This document shows positions 1 through 12,181 of a stretch of DNA of 64,000 bases, in pieces (the first letter of the stretch is position 1; the number at the start of each line of letters is the position of its first letter). A model generated the notes under the pieces. The model was not told where the DNA came from and searched no databases. It worked only from the letters and a program-made list of their open reading frames with translations. The translations under genes were made by a program, and so were the position numbers. The stretch is from Chlorokybus atmophyticus. Its lineage: Eukaryota; Plantae; Mesostigma and Chlorokybus algae. Location of the stretch: positions 52,637 to 116,636 of the forward strand of contig RHPI01001056.1 in NCBI GenBank assembly GCA_009103225.1. The letters run 5' to 3'.

Positions 1-1029
1 AATGGCATAGTTCTACGCCTACGGGCTGGCGGAAACACTGGGAAGTACATCTTTGGTGCTGCGCCCACGGACACCAGCACGAACATCAACATACACTCTG
101 CTCAGATCACGATCAGCTCCACCGACATTGGGGTCGATGTTCACTTGGCCGGAACATATGACGGTGCCAGTTTCAAGCTCTACAGGAATGGTGTACAGGT
201 TGCTTCAAGAGCAGATACAACGGTGGTGCAGCAGGTGAGTTCAAACGTAGCAGGTTGATGACTGATTGTTGTTGGTTTGCTTATCGCACCCTAACTATAT
301 TTGCACCGACCAGTTCATTGGCGTTTGGAATATCGGCATGTGGGGGAGTGAGTATTTTGATGCGGTCAACAACCTCTTCATCGGTCGCATTAAGCAAGTG
401 CAGGTTGGTGGCAACGTCTTGCTTCTTACTTGTGTATGGTGGCTAGCACCCATGCTGAGCATGCACATAGACTTCACACAGGGCGCACTGCTTCAACTGT
501 TTACCATTGACGACACCCAGAGCCGCTGCAGCTTTTGCACAATGCTGATACTGTGATGTGTATCAAGGTGTTCAACACTGCGCTGACGGTGACCGAGGTG
601 GCTTCTCTGTACAATTCCCTCCGTAATCAGCCGTCGGGCGTGCCTCCGGATTCTGCATCACCACCCTCATCGCCACCCTCATTGCCACCTCCAGACTCCG
701 CGCCACCACCCCAGTTACCACCCCCATCACCACCACCATCATCGCCGCCTCCCAGTCCATCACCACCACCTCCCAAGACATCCCCACCTCCTCGCTCATC
801 CGCATCATCTCCACCTCCACCTAGACCTCCGCGCCCGCCGCCGAGTCCTCCTGCTCCACCTCCACCTCCTCCCAGACCTCCGCGCCCACCTCCAAGTCCG
901 CCCAGACCACCTCCACCCCCACCTAGACCACCGCGCCCGCCTCCAAGTCCTCCTGCTCCACCTCCACCCCCACCCAAATCACCTCCACCCCCACGTAAGT
1001 CACCCAAATCACCCCCACCTCCAAAGTGA
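1..1029 (+). CDS. 3' part of a LamG (concanavalin-A-like) domain + extensin-like Pro-rich tail protein; exons 1-234, 314-403, 568-1029; 5' end outside the window
   Basis: Frame 1 reads ...HLAGTYDGASFKLYRNGVQVAS, then FIGVWNIGMWGSEYFDAVNNLFIGRIKQVQ, then VFNTALTVTEVASLYNS and SP/PP repeats to TGA at 1027-1029. All splice sites are GT-AG phase 0, with no stops. Confidence 0.85.
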
Positions 1030-2549
1030 CTTCCATTCCTCCCCAGACGCCAGCTTCAACAATAAGGCAACCACAGAAGAGCAGTCGAATAATGGTTTCG
1101 CAGTTGACAGTATGCATGTTGGGCAGTGATGAATGTGTTGATGACTTTGTATGTGTGCAGACACTTTTGTAAATGTAGACGTGCGATTGTTGTTCGTTGT
1201 TTTGGTTTGTACGGTAGGAAACTGCTGTTAGAGAAGGTAGTTGTGGTTGATCGCTCTGGTATATCTGAGTCTTACACAAATCAGATTGTGACATAGAGGG
1301 GTTGGTTATATGTTGATGCTGTGCGGTTTACTGGTTGGAAGGAGTAGTGTTACCTACCTTACATGCCAGGTGGGCATGCAAACTGCACAGCATACTCGCA
1401 TGCTCTCAGTCAAGGTATGTTGCATATGTGTGAGCGTACCCTGTAGTCATGACAAGCAGCATTGCCTCAACATCCCTTAGTCGCAAATGCATGTGTACAA
1501 GAGAGCTATGCTATACTGTGTGCGTTAGTAAACCACTATATATGTCACACGTGTGTATTGGTTGTCATGTAGCTGTGTGCGGTGTATCAATTGACGTAAT
1601 GTAATTGTCGGAAGTTTGTACATGTAGTAGGAGTTTTCTCTGTGACTGTCGGGACCTTACTGGCGATGTGACGAAGTCATGTGCATCGTGGTACATTGTT
1701 ACAACTTTCCTAGCAGCTGGTCATCGCAGCTATCAGCCAGATACACATGTGTGTCTTGCTGTGTCATGGCGGCTATCAGTTGTGTGCGCATGTGCGCGTT
1801 GTTTCCCTGAGCGTGTGTATCAGTCTATGTTGGTGTCATGCCTGTAATGAAGCTTTGCGCAATTTGACATGTTCATGCTGGTACCGTCAATGTGCATGCA
1901 GCTACATGCGGTGTGTTACGTACATAAGTCTAAAGGACTACTGCGTTTGTCAGGGCGACAGCAAGTTGTGAGTCATGTGCGTGCGTGCATGCGTGTGCAG
2001 TCTCAGCAGCTGTGAAGCATTTGTGCTGTATGAAGCGCTCGTGTTGCGACCGCCACTGTACATGTCGCTACGTGCTGTGTGCTTCATAGAGTGCGCGCCC
2101 GCGCACATGCATGCGCATACGTGTGTGTGCACGTTGGCTGCTAACAAGCACGTGTTGTGTGCGTTATGTGGCTTGCATGCTGTGGCTGTTGGCTACCTGC
2201 GGTATGAAGGGGCTGATGCAGCGATGGCGACGAGACGAGCGAAAACGCTGCGCATCAAGGTTTTGCCCCAATTTGTACTCGTTGACAGAGAGGATGCCGT
2301 GGCCTCCATAGGCTATATAGCTGTAGTATATGGTATATACTCGCAAACGAGATGTTCTTCCTCTGACACTGTGGCATGTTTGTGTGCGGGGTGCTTGCGT
2401 GGGGTGATTGAGCAGTGTGCGCGTGGGTAGGCTTGGACTACCTGAGCGCTGCAACCGTAAGTAGGTATGTGGGTATGTATAGGCATTCCAATGTCACGGT
2501 TGCAAGTATGCACGGCACTCTCCCTCACTCACAACTCAAGATATAAAGG

Positions 2550-5500
2550 CAAGGCACTACACCTCACCCGGCCACATCTTCAGCAGCAACGCCTGGACGC
2601 TCCTTTGCAGAGACTAAAGATGTAATGCTGGCAGCTGATGGCGTGCACGTCACCTACTTCACACGCACTTCGCACTTCGCCCTTGTTCGCAACAACATCG
2701 TCAACCGCGTCACGGGAGATAGCATACAAGGGGTTGCTACAACAACTACACAAGTCCAAGAGATGATCACCGACACACAATACCCGCTCATGGCAGTGTA
2801 TGTGCACATGCTGCTTGAAACATGCTTGTACAAAGAGTATGGGGATGTTCATGCCTCACTGTCTGGGGAGGATTGCGCGGGCACTTGAGGCGGTCAAGAT
2901 GGAACTGTCCACTGACTACACTGAGCGCACCTCATCACCGAGTTGCTAGACTTCTACATGGAGGTGCGGAAGAAGGCAGCCACACAACTTGGGCAATACC
3001 AGCCTATGACAAGGTACGCATTTGTATGTAACAGGTTGTCTTTCCATCGCATGTCCGTTCCACCTCCCATTAACCATCGCTTTCATGCAGCTGCCTTGGG
3101 CAGCTGCACGTCACTCACATGAGGCTACAAGTCTTCTCCTGCTGCCCTCGGGGCTGAGCTGAGAAGCTTGTCGCCGTCCAGGCAGGGCCTGTGACGTGCT
3201 CTGCATGGCCATGCTGAATTCTGCGCACCGGTACAGGTGTTTCCAAACCAACTTGCCGAAACCACTCTCCAATGGTGGCGACAAGGCCAAGGGAGCTGCA
3301 CCTGCTGGTGGCATGGACAACGCTACCAACAATGGCAGCAACAACAACCACAACAATAAGCAAGCCGCTGCTGGCAACAACAGAGGGTAGCGTAGATACC
3401 AAGACAGGAAGGCGTGAGTAACATAGGATAGAACTCCTTGTGTATAACCCCGTGTGCAATCGAACTTTTGTTGTGTCTTATACCATGTGCTTGCTTGAAT
3501 TTGGTGCATGCATCGTGTGTCTGCGCCCTTGGTTACTGTCGTCTCTCATTCCAGCGTGCACAAGCCAGTCGCAAGTACTGCGCTACCATCAGCTGCTGAT
3601 GCAGCTGGCGATGCCTCCACTGTATGTTGCATTGTCAACGGCACAAGTTCCCCACTCCCCTCTCAAGCACGCAGAAGCACGCAGTCAATGCGCGCCCAGC
3701 AGCTCGCAAGTGCAGACGCACATGTGCGTAGTGCTGCCTCACATGCCCCGCACAGCAACCAAGATGAGCACGAGGACGAAACAGCCTTTGAGGCGGCATG
3801 CTATCAGTTGGACACGCAACCTCATGCACAACACAGCGGAATTTCTTGGCAACCGGCACGCGCTTGGCCTACGCCGCGGCAGCACCATCCATGGTCGGAG
3901 GAGCTGCAGGCAGCGACTGTGCAAGCCGTGCTGGACAAGCTTGAGAGAGTGGGGATGAGCCCGAGCTGTCTCTATGTTCGGAGGAAAGCTGGCGAGTACA
4001 GTACAGCTCAGTGCTTTCATGCACGATGCTGGTAACTTTGTAGCTGCAGAGCCGCGAGCGCACCTGCATGGCAGCTCTGTCTGCGCGCTACCAAGCACCC
4101 AATGCCGTCGCGGGTGCCGAGCTGGCTCAGCTCCGGCTACCCCTTGCATTTTCAAGGGACTGCAGCAGCTCCTTAGCAAGAGTTACGACAGGTGCAGTTG
4201 CTGCTGCGCTCAGAAGGTTGGTCGCATGCTCGCATCCATGCTGCCCTGCGAGCATCAGCACCTCCACCTATTGCGTTGCGCAATCGTGCCTTCTTACATG
4301 ACCACAAAGGGGTTGTTGTGGAGGAGCTTACTTCGCTGGTGCGCACGGGGGCTATCACCCCGGTGCCAACCGACGCAGCAAGGCAGGTAATCTCGTGTAT
4401 GCGGTGGTAGTTACGAGCAAGAAACGTTTGGTGGTGGATCTTTGCTACATCAACCTCTTCCTCGCACACATACCTTTCCACTACGAGCGCTTGACGGACG
4501 TGCTACACTACACTTGGTAGGAACGTGGCAAGCAAGCTTTGACTTGAAAAGCGGATACCACCACATTCCCATCCGCGCACGCGGCACCAACTACTTGTGC
4601 GTCGCCTTTGAAGGTCAGGTGTTCAGATGGAACGTGCTCCCCTTCGGACTGAATCAAGCATGCTATGCATTTAGAAAATATATATGCAACTTGTCATCCA
4701 CAAGCCATTGCGAAGTGCGGGCATTGGCACCCTCAGCTACATAGATGACATGCACATGGCGCATCGCAACAAAGGGCATCTACTTTGGCGTATTGAGCTG
4801 ATTATGCAGCTCTGTGCGGCACTGCGCGAGTTTTTTGGACTGCCTAGTGCAATGCGTTCCCCACCATGCGCTTGCAGCTGTTGGGGCTCATTGTGGACTC
4901 GCAAGTGGGCGCGTTCTCGGTGCCCGAAGCCAAGCTCGAGGACCTCGACATGCTGCTTGAAGACACGCTGGCGGGCACAATGCGCACCAACAGAGTGCTG
5001 GCGCGCGTAGCAGGCAAGCTGATCAGCCTACGCTTGGCCGTTCCTCCCATGCTGCTATTTGCTAGGTCGCTTATGGAGGTAGTAAACTACGCCAACACTT
5101 GGGAAGCACCGTTTGCAGCACCGGCCATCACAAAAGAGTTCATTGCATGGTTGCGATCAGCCATGCGCATGTACACAGCCAGCGCTTGGTGGAGACCGCC
5201 TAGCTCCATTTTGCTGCGCGCAGATGCATCAGGAGAGAAGGGTTGGGGTGCAGTAACACCGTGGGGCCACGTGCAGGGCAACTTCACGCCGGTTGAGCTA
5301 GAGCTGTCCTCGGCAACCAAGGAAGGGCTGGCGTATGTTGCCGTGATCACAGAGGCAGCTCGCCGCTTCCCAAACCTGCGGCACACAACCGTCACACTTG
5401 AAGGGGACTGTCAACCAGCACTACAAGCTCTCTCCATGCTGGTCTCCCCCCGCCTTACCTAAGAACCCTGCTCTATAAGCTCTGGGGAGGGAATTCCACT

Positions 5501-6013
5501 TGCGTTTCTCGTGGCAGCCGCGCAAGCGGCTGCAAGTGGAGGACTGGCTCTCCAAAACCCCGGATGCAGGTGATGGGGCCCTGCGCGCAACAACGCGTGA
5601 TGAAGTGATAGCGCGATGGGGTGCCCCTAGTGTAGACGTGTTTGCTTCGGAGGTCAATACCGTTGCTCCCGTCTTCTTCTCGGCTTGTAACAGCCCGGGC
5701 TCCAGTGGCAATGCTCTCACCTCCGGTTGGGATTGCACCCCGCATGGCCTCTTATGGGTCCTCCCGCCCTTGGCACTGCTAGGCACGGCGATACAATTTG
5801 TTGCGCACACTCGACGTGATTGCATATCGCTTATGCCACAGTGGACACAGAAACCTTGGTGGCCACAACTGCTGGGGCTACCTATTCATGACTCCATGCT
5901 ACTTCATGCACACCCAGCTCTGTTTTGGAGGGGTATGAGAGTGCCTGCGCACATCCCTAGCCCAGGCAAATACCCGCATGTGGCATTCTATAGATTGTTT
6001 ACCTGATTGGACG
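2550..6013 (+). mobile_element. Degenerate DIRS-like retroelement: putative gag-like ORF (~2600-3390), RT, RNase H and N6-adenine-methyltransferase-like domain; no tyrosine recombinase seen
   Basis: RT motifs KKRLVVDL.YIN, SFDLKSGYHHI, WNVLPFGL, SYIDD and LQLLGLIVDS. RNase H motifs LRADASGEKGWG and LEGDCQPAL. MT-like motifs PSVDVFASEVN, LWVLPPLALL and MPQWTQKPWWPQL. Several frameshifts (e.g. ~4500, ~4680, ~4850, ~5460). The 5' boundary is approximate. Confidence 0.85.
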
Positions 6014-7734
6014 GGCATAAGTCGACAATATGGATAGAGTGTTAGGCTCCATGTACATGACATGACATAACAGCTAGACCCACCAAGCTGCAAGATATGT
6101 CAAGCTTGATTTACGTAAGCTCTACACAAGCTTCCATGCGAATGCATGTGATATCTTAAGACACCTCGACATGTTATTGAATGCTGAGAACTGTGCTGTA
6201 CACATGAGCGAACCCTGCCCGTATCCGCTATCTAACAGTTGCCACCTAACCACGAGAGCACATGCATTCAGTCAGCTAAATTGCTAACGTTGAGTTGTTT
6301 GCGCGTTCGCACAGACAACTCAACGTTAGCAATGTCGCAGTGCTCCATACTACCACTGTTGCACCTGAAACCTCACAACAATGACTTACGAGGTCACAAC
6401 ATACCTCTTGTCGTCCACTCGAGCTGGACCTTATGAGAGCGCCAGTCGCGTTTCAGGACTGTGAGTGCCAGTTGCGTTTCAGGTCTGGAGTCACTGCACT
6501 AAACAGTGCGGAGGTTACTGTGGTGGTGGTGGTCCATGGCGGCAGACGACGGCGGGTTGGATGGCGGCGTGGTGGACATTGCATTAGCGCATGCATTGGC
6601 GCCTTCGGTCAGTAGACATATTGACACTGCCATGCCACGCGGTATCATCAATTTCTTGCGAGATCAATGGTCTATTAGGGAGTACTTTTTACCACTTGCC
6701 GTTGTAGCACCAGCTCAGACCCTGTAAAGTAACGGTCTTCAGACGAAGCAGGTCACGATCATTGAGGACGAGGAGTATTTTTCGGCTGAGGAAGAAAGCA
6801 AGTAAGATCTAGCTTGTCACTAGCAACTTGCACATTACTACGTGCATTGAATGCACCTGGTGTACTCACACCGGTTGTTGTTCTTGTATGCCAGAGAGGA
6901 TGTCATTGCAGAAGCAGGCCCTGCGACGGCTGCTGGGACACCTCTCAGCAGCCGTCGCAGGGCCAAGCGGCAAAAGGAGGAGGAGCCTGTGAGCAGCAGT
7001 GCGGCTGCCAGCTCCAGCGTGCCACTCGCGAAGAGAAGGCGTGCAGACACATACGATACAGGTCAGTGTGCTTTGCCGTGTGCAATGTGCTTTGTTAATG
7101 AAAGACATGCTGGTGTGTAGGAAAACAATGTCCTAAATGTGGGAACAGAGAGCGCTATGTTAACGACAACCATTGCGTACAATGCAAACGGCCATGGCAG
7201 AAGCTAGTGGCTTCACAACGTTGCACTGAACCTCCAAGCAACAGCACAGCTTTGCTCACAAGAGGGAACAAGACAAACACATACGAAGACCCAGGTCAGT
7301 GTGTTGATTATTGCAAGCTATCATAGCTATCATGATGTCACTATCGCCTGTCATTCAAAGAAATGATGTTGGACAGAAAACCCATGCAGTTGTGGGAGTG
7401 TCGAGCGCTATACGTATGACAAAAGGTGCGCACCATGCCGCCGAGATAAAAGGAACAAACTACATTTGGAAAGGAGAGAGACTGTGCTGAAGGAGACTGC
7501 TGACCTCCCTGCGCATGTGCACCAGAAACCAGGTTACAAGATAGCAGACAATGTTTAGGTTGTGGTCTCCTATTGTGTCTTTTGCATCATTACATCTTAC
7601 TTGCAGGTCCGCCTTGTGAAATCTGTGGGGGGACCACGTACCAGCGCATCTCCAATTGCTCACACACACGCACAGTGTGCAAGAGGAAGAGCGGGATGAT
7701 CTGCTGAAGATACCGCAGAGAATAGGTTGGAGCT
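6014..7734 (+). mobile_element. Internally deleted copy of the HNH-bearing element at 54356-57013, inverted relative to it
   Basis: 6014-~7655 aligns by eye to the reverse complement of ~56920-55530 (e.g. caatatggatagagtgttaggctccatgtacatgacatgacataacagctagaccc). After a tcacacacac filler it jumps to ~54700-54640 (gcacagtgtgca..gaggaagagcgggatgatctg). About 0.8 kb containing the HNH domain is missing. Confidence 0.8.
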
Positions 7735-9057
7735 CACACGGAATTTTTTCCACGGACCAGGGCCAAAACGCCCGGGCGGCTTGGGGTCCAGACCAGGGTC
7801 GCCCGCCTTGGTCTGCACGCGGGGACCAGGGCTGGTCCAAACAGTACGTAATTGTCCCACGGTCCCCCAAAAAACCGGGCCAGCCCTGGTGCCGGTTAAA
7901 ACCGACAAACGGACCGAGGCTGGTCCTTTTGCATGGACCATTATTGATGAACGAAGTGCGTCGCACGTTAATGAAGCCATGGTCCGAAGCGACGGACCAT
8001 GGCTGGAGCGCTTTCATAAACCCATGCATGGCGTGACCGGTCATCAAATTGAATGCGTTTGGGCCGGCTGCAGCCGGACCAGCATGAAGAAAACCAATGA
8101 CGGTTAAAAGTGCTTCAAGGTAACTATGTTTTGGCGGCTAACTGCGGTCAGCCGCAGCAACTAAGCCGCAGCTGACCGCGGTTAGACCGCCGCTGCTGGT
8201 AGCCTGGCCGGCGGCCTGGTACTCCACATAAAGAGCACCAGGCCACGCCGCATGCTGGTCATGCTGGCCTGGTAGCGACCAGGCCAGCCGGACCAAGGCT
8301 AAGGGCTTCGCGGGCGCCAGGCATGGCTTCTTGCGCTGCTGCCGCCGCTGCCCTGGCACCGACCACGCCATGACGAGCAGATAGCCATGGGCCGTTTGCT
8401 TGTCATGCCTTGACTATGCACATTCAGTAAGCTCTGAAAATATGCATGCTGGTCTTACAAAATCAGTCACATGTGGTTGCAATCCACGAACCTTTCAACA
8501 AGCATGCAACGGCATACACTGTATGCATAGCATGCACGTAGCAAAATGCTCCAGCCACAACCCCAGTGAACGTGAACAAAACCATCCATTCTTTGACTTT
8601 ACAACAAGCATACAGCTACAACACGACAACACACCTACGATCTGAATGTCAATCACACAAGTTCTGAACTATATAAGTGCCACCTACTTAATTACATTAA
8701 AATGTGGCACATGCGCGTAAGCACAGAAACAGTCTTGCACACCTAGAGGACTACACCACAGGATCACAACTTGGTACCCGTTGCCTTGGTAGCTGATTGG
8801 TAGCCAGCTCCTCACCCCAATGTCATTGCTGCCACACCTTAGCTGATTTGCGCAGTCTGCACGTGCGTATGTGTGTAACTATCAGTGTGCATAAGCGCGG
8901 CAAGGGTGCAAGCTTAAGCGACTGTCAACGTCTGCGTGTGAGTACACAGAAGTGAAATGCACTTGCGGACACATGCATGTATGCAGGCCTGCCTATACAA
9001 GCTGGCACTTTCAGACATCCGCCTATGACTTTTTGAATCTATTGACGAGGTATTGCT

Positions 9058-12000
9058 GGCTCATAGGCCGCACTGGTCAGTGTGGTCTATTAGCCAGCCT
9101 ATGGCATGCCATTTAGGTTGCACTAGTCAGTGCAGTCCATGAGCCAGCCTTATAGGCTGCACTGGATAGTGCGGCCTATGAGGCTGCACTACCATAGCTG
9201 GTAGCCTAGCAAGTGTGTGTAGGTGTGCACGTGCATGCGCGCATGACAAAGAGCACTTGCATGCTTGCATGTCGGGACAGTGCGGTCTATAAACCCAATT
9301 GTAAGTGCGTGCGTGTACATACACACATGAATCAGTTGTTTCGCAATAAACCTACCCTCGCACGCGCATGCGCACGCGCACAGGCACAACGAGCGCACCC
9401 TCATAATGGTGGCGAGCATGGGCAGGTGGGGCGGGATACTGCTTGCGTACGCGGAGCCTTCACTACACACCTCTGTCTTCTCAGTAGCGGGCTGCTGATT
9501 GCCAGCTTGCGGAGCAGTCCGTGTACCTGCATGTGTGCGTGCACGTGAGCGCATGCACGTGTGCCTGCCCATTCACGTGTGCGTGCGCGCATGCCTGTAA
9601 GTGTGTGCACATCTCTCTTTAAGGAGGAAGAGGTGGGTGCCAGGGGGGCCAACACCTCCTCACTGGCATAGTGTACACGCAGAACTGACTCAGCCAGTTC
9701 TGCCTGCAGCAACTGGCTCATGGGCCGCACCGTTTAGTGCGGCCCAGTAGCCAATAAGCCAACTGCAACACAAAGTGTGTGTATGTGTGTACATGCATGC
9801 GTGCATGGTGAAGTTTGCATGCCCATGGGCATGCGCTTGCGCGTGCATGTACGTATGCGCACATATCCTCCCCTTCCCCCCCGCTTACCTTGAGACCCTG
9901 CAGTCAGCGCAAAACTGTGGGGGAACAAAGAGGCAGAAATACCTAAGCACAGCACCGGATTGCCCACCCGTTCGACCTGTGGGAGTGATAGCTCGCACGC
10001 GTCAGTACTCAGGTGCTGATGCCATAGCACACACAAACCTTGCCGCAAGGCTTGTGTGCACTATATGAGCACACGGAGTTAATTACAATGTGCGCACTGC
10101 TTGTATGTTTGCATGTAAGGGTGAAGCATGGCGTAGAGAGAGGGCACACCCACGTGCATATAGGGAGGTATTAAGTGTGCATACAAATGTAATAGCATGT
10201 GCTCAAGCATATGCATTCCTGAGCGTACAGCTGAGCATTACCGCCTGAGCGTCTGCCTTCTTGGCTCGCTGTCATCTGCGCCACGTGTTGCCCAACGGCA
10301 GCCTGCAGCACCCTGCGTATTACATCATGGAGCAGCATTGTTCATAGTCGGACGCAGTCTTGGCAATTCTAGGCAGCCGCCTATGACTTTTGGAATGTAG
10401 TGATCAGTTGGTCACTAGATTTCAGAAGTTATAGGCGGCTGTCTGGCTTGATCATTGGCTCGTAGGCCGCACCAGTCAGCGCGGTCTGAGCCAGCTTTAT
10501 AGGCTGCACTGGACAGCCTATGAGGCTACGCTATCAAGTGCAGGTAGCCAACAGCTGTGTGTATGTGTGCTTGCGTGCTTGCATGCGCATGCCTGTGTGG
10601 ACAGTGCTATAGGTCTATGAGACAATTGTAACAAGTGTGTGTATGTTTGTACGTGCATGCATGTGTGCCAAGAGCCCGCAAGAAAATAAGACAGTAAGAG
10701 AACATGCATCTTGCACGCACATGCCCGCGTGCGTGCACTTACACTTGCGCGTGTGTATGCGAACGCATGCATGGGTGCGTGCGTGCTTGCTAAGTGCTTG
10801 ATCATGCACACCTGTTCATAGGTCCACCGCCAATGTTCCACGTCAGCTTCAGACCTTCATTGTCGATCTCCAGGGTTCCCTAAGCCTAGGTAAATACTTG
10901 AGCTGCTCTGTTACACCTTTATGCTTGCTAAGTGCTTCACCGACAACTAATGGTGGCGCGTTGATCATGTCTTCCAGAGGCAGGTCCGCATGCAGCTTCA
11001 TCAAAGCGCATGCGTCCACGTCCAGCTGGCGCTGCACACTGATAGCAGAAAAAGCGTCCTCGGGTGCCGCATGCTCTTCATCCTGACAGGATGAGGAGCA
11101 TGCGGCACCCAAAGAGGGCGTGTCGCAGACGTCCACGATGACAGCTGAGCCTCAGCTGCCGGCGGCCGCATGTCACCTTCAGTGAGCCGAAGGGGCCAAT
11201 AACAGCGCCTGAGCACACAAACATGGTGGTGAGACTTTGTGAGAGACTAAATACGATGGCCCATCATTCGATGAGGAAGTGAGTGAGTGCGGGTGTCCAC
11301 AAGTGAGTCAGTAATGGGATGAGTGAGTGCAGGGTGAGTGAGTGAGAGAGTAAAGAAGTAAGCGAGTGAGTGGTTGGACCTGCGATAGGAGTGCCGTGCG
11401 TAGCGTGAGTGAGGGCGACCATGCGTCTTTGAGGACGACCGGGCAGATAGTCCCCATTCGCGCTGCTGATGTTGAGGTGCCTGCATATGTATGCATGGTT
11501 GGGGAAACAACAGTTAGAAGCAGCATTGCAATAACCTGTACGAAACTGCAGCAGGCGTTACGCATGCAACGCACGTGCAGGCGTAGGTATGCGTGTGGGG
11601 GCAATTGCTTGGGTGGGTGGGTGTGGGTGTTTTTGTGGAGTATGTGCGTGCTCATGCATAACTGAGTGCTGGTGCAGATGCGGGAGGAGAAAGAAGAGGG
11701 TCTGCTCTCACCATACTTGACTGATAAAGCTCATCCTTGGGGGCTTAAACGGGCACGTCGCTGTCATGCAGAAGCATATTATCAACATGTTGGTGTCTAA
11801 GTCATTAGAGGCAGCAACATAATGTTCAAGCACACACGCACTATTACAAACAACACAACCAACGACACCACCAACAATTAATAACGTCCGCAACAAACAT
11901 AACTACCCCCACCCTCACCACCCATCTGTGTCATTAAGGCGCGGGGGTGGGGTGGGGGGGGGNNNNNNNNNNNNNNNNNNNNNNNNNNNNNNNNNNNNNN

Positions 12001-12181
12001 NNNNNNNNNNNNNNNNNNNNNNNNNGGGGGGGGGGGGGGGGGGGGGGGGGGTAAGCACCTCTGTTCACATGCATAGTGTATTCACAAAACTTTCTCATAG
12101 GCCGCACTGAACAGTGCAGCCTATGAGCCAGCCTACAGCAACCAACTCATAGGCCGCAGGCTGGACAGTGCGGTCTGTGAG
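9058..12181. repeat. Dispersed ~35-bp palindromic repeat family, consensus (GG)CTCATAGGCCGCACTG-nn-CAGTGCGGCCTATGAG(CC), at least 8 copies
   Basis: Copies at ~9058-9095, ~9113-9145, 9149-9182, 9715-9752, 10456-10491, ~10497-10525, 12094-12127 (16-bp stem, 1 mismatch, AA loop) and 12146-12181. Each cluster is followed by a GT/RY tract. Confidence 0.8.
11179..11760 (-). pseudogene. Fragment of a ubiquitin-conjugating enzyme (UBC27/UBE2K-like) with introns retained
   Basis: Exons 11760-11712, 11480-11380 and 11208-11179 splice to TCPFKPPRMSFISQVW-HLNISSANG(frameshift)TICPVVLKDAWSPSLTLRTALLSQ-ALLLAPSAH*. This matches the E2 core YPFEPPK.F.T.VWHPNISS.NG.ICLDILKD.WSP. The N-terminal half was not found; an N-gap lies just upstream. 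Confidence 0.75.
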
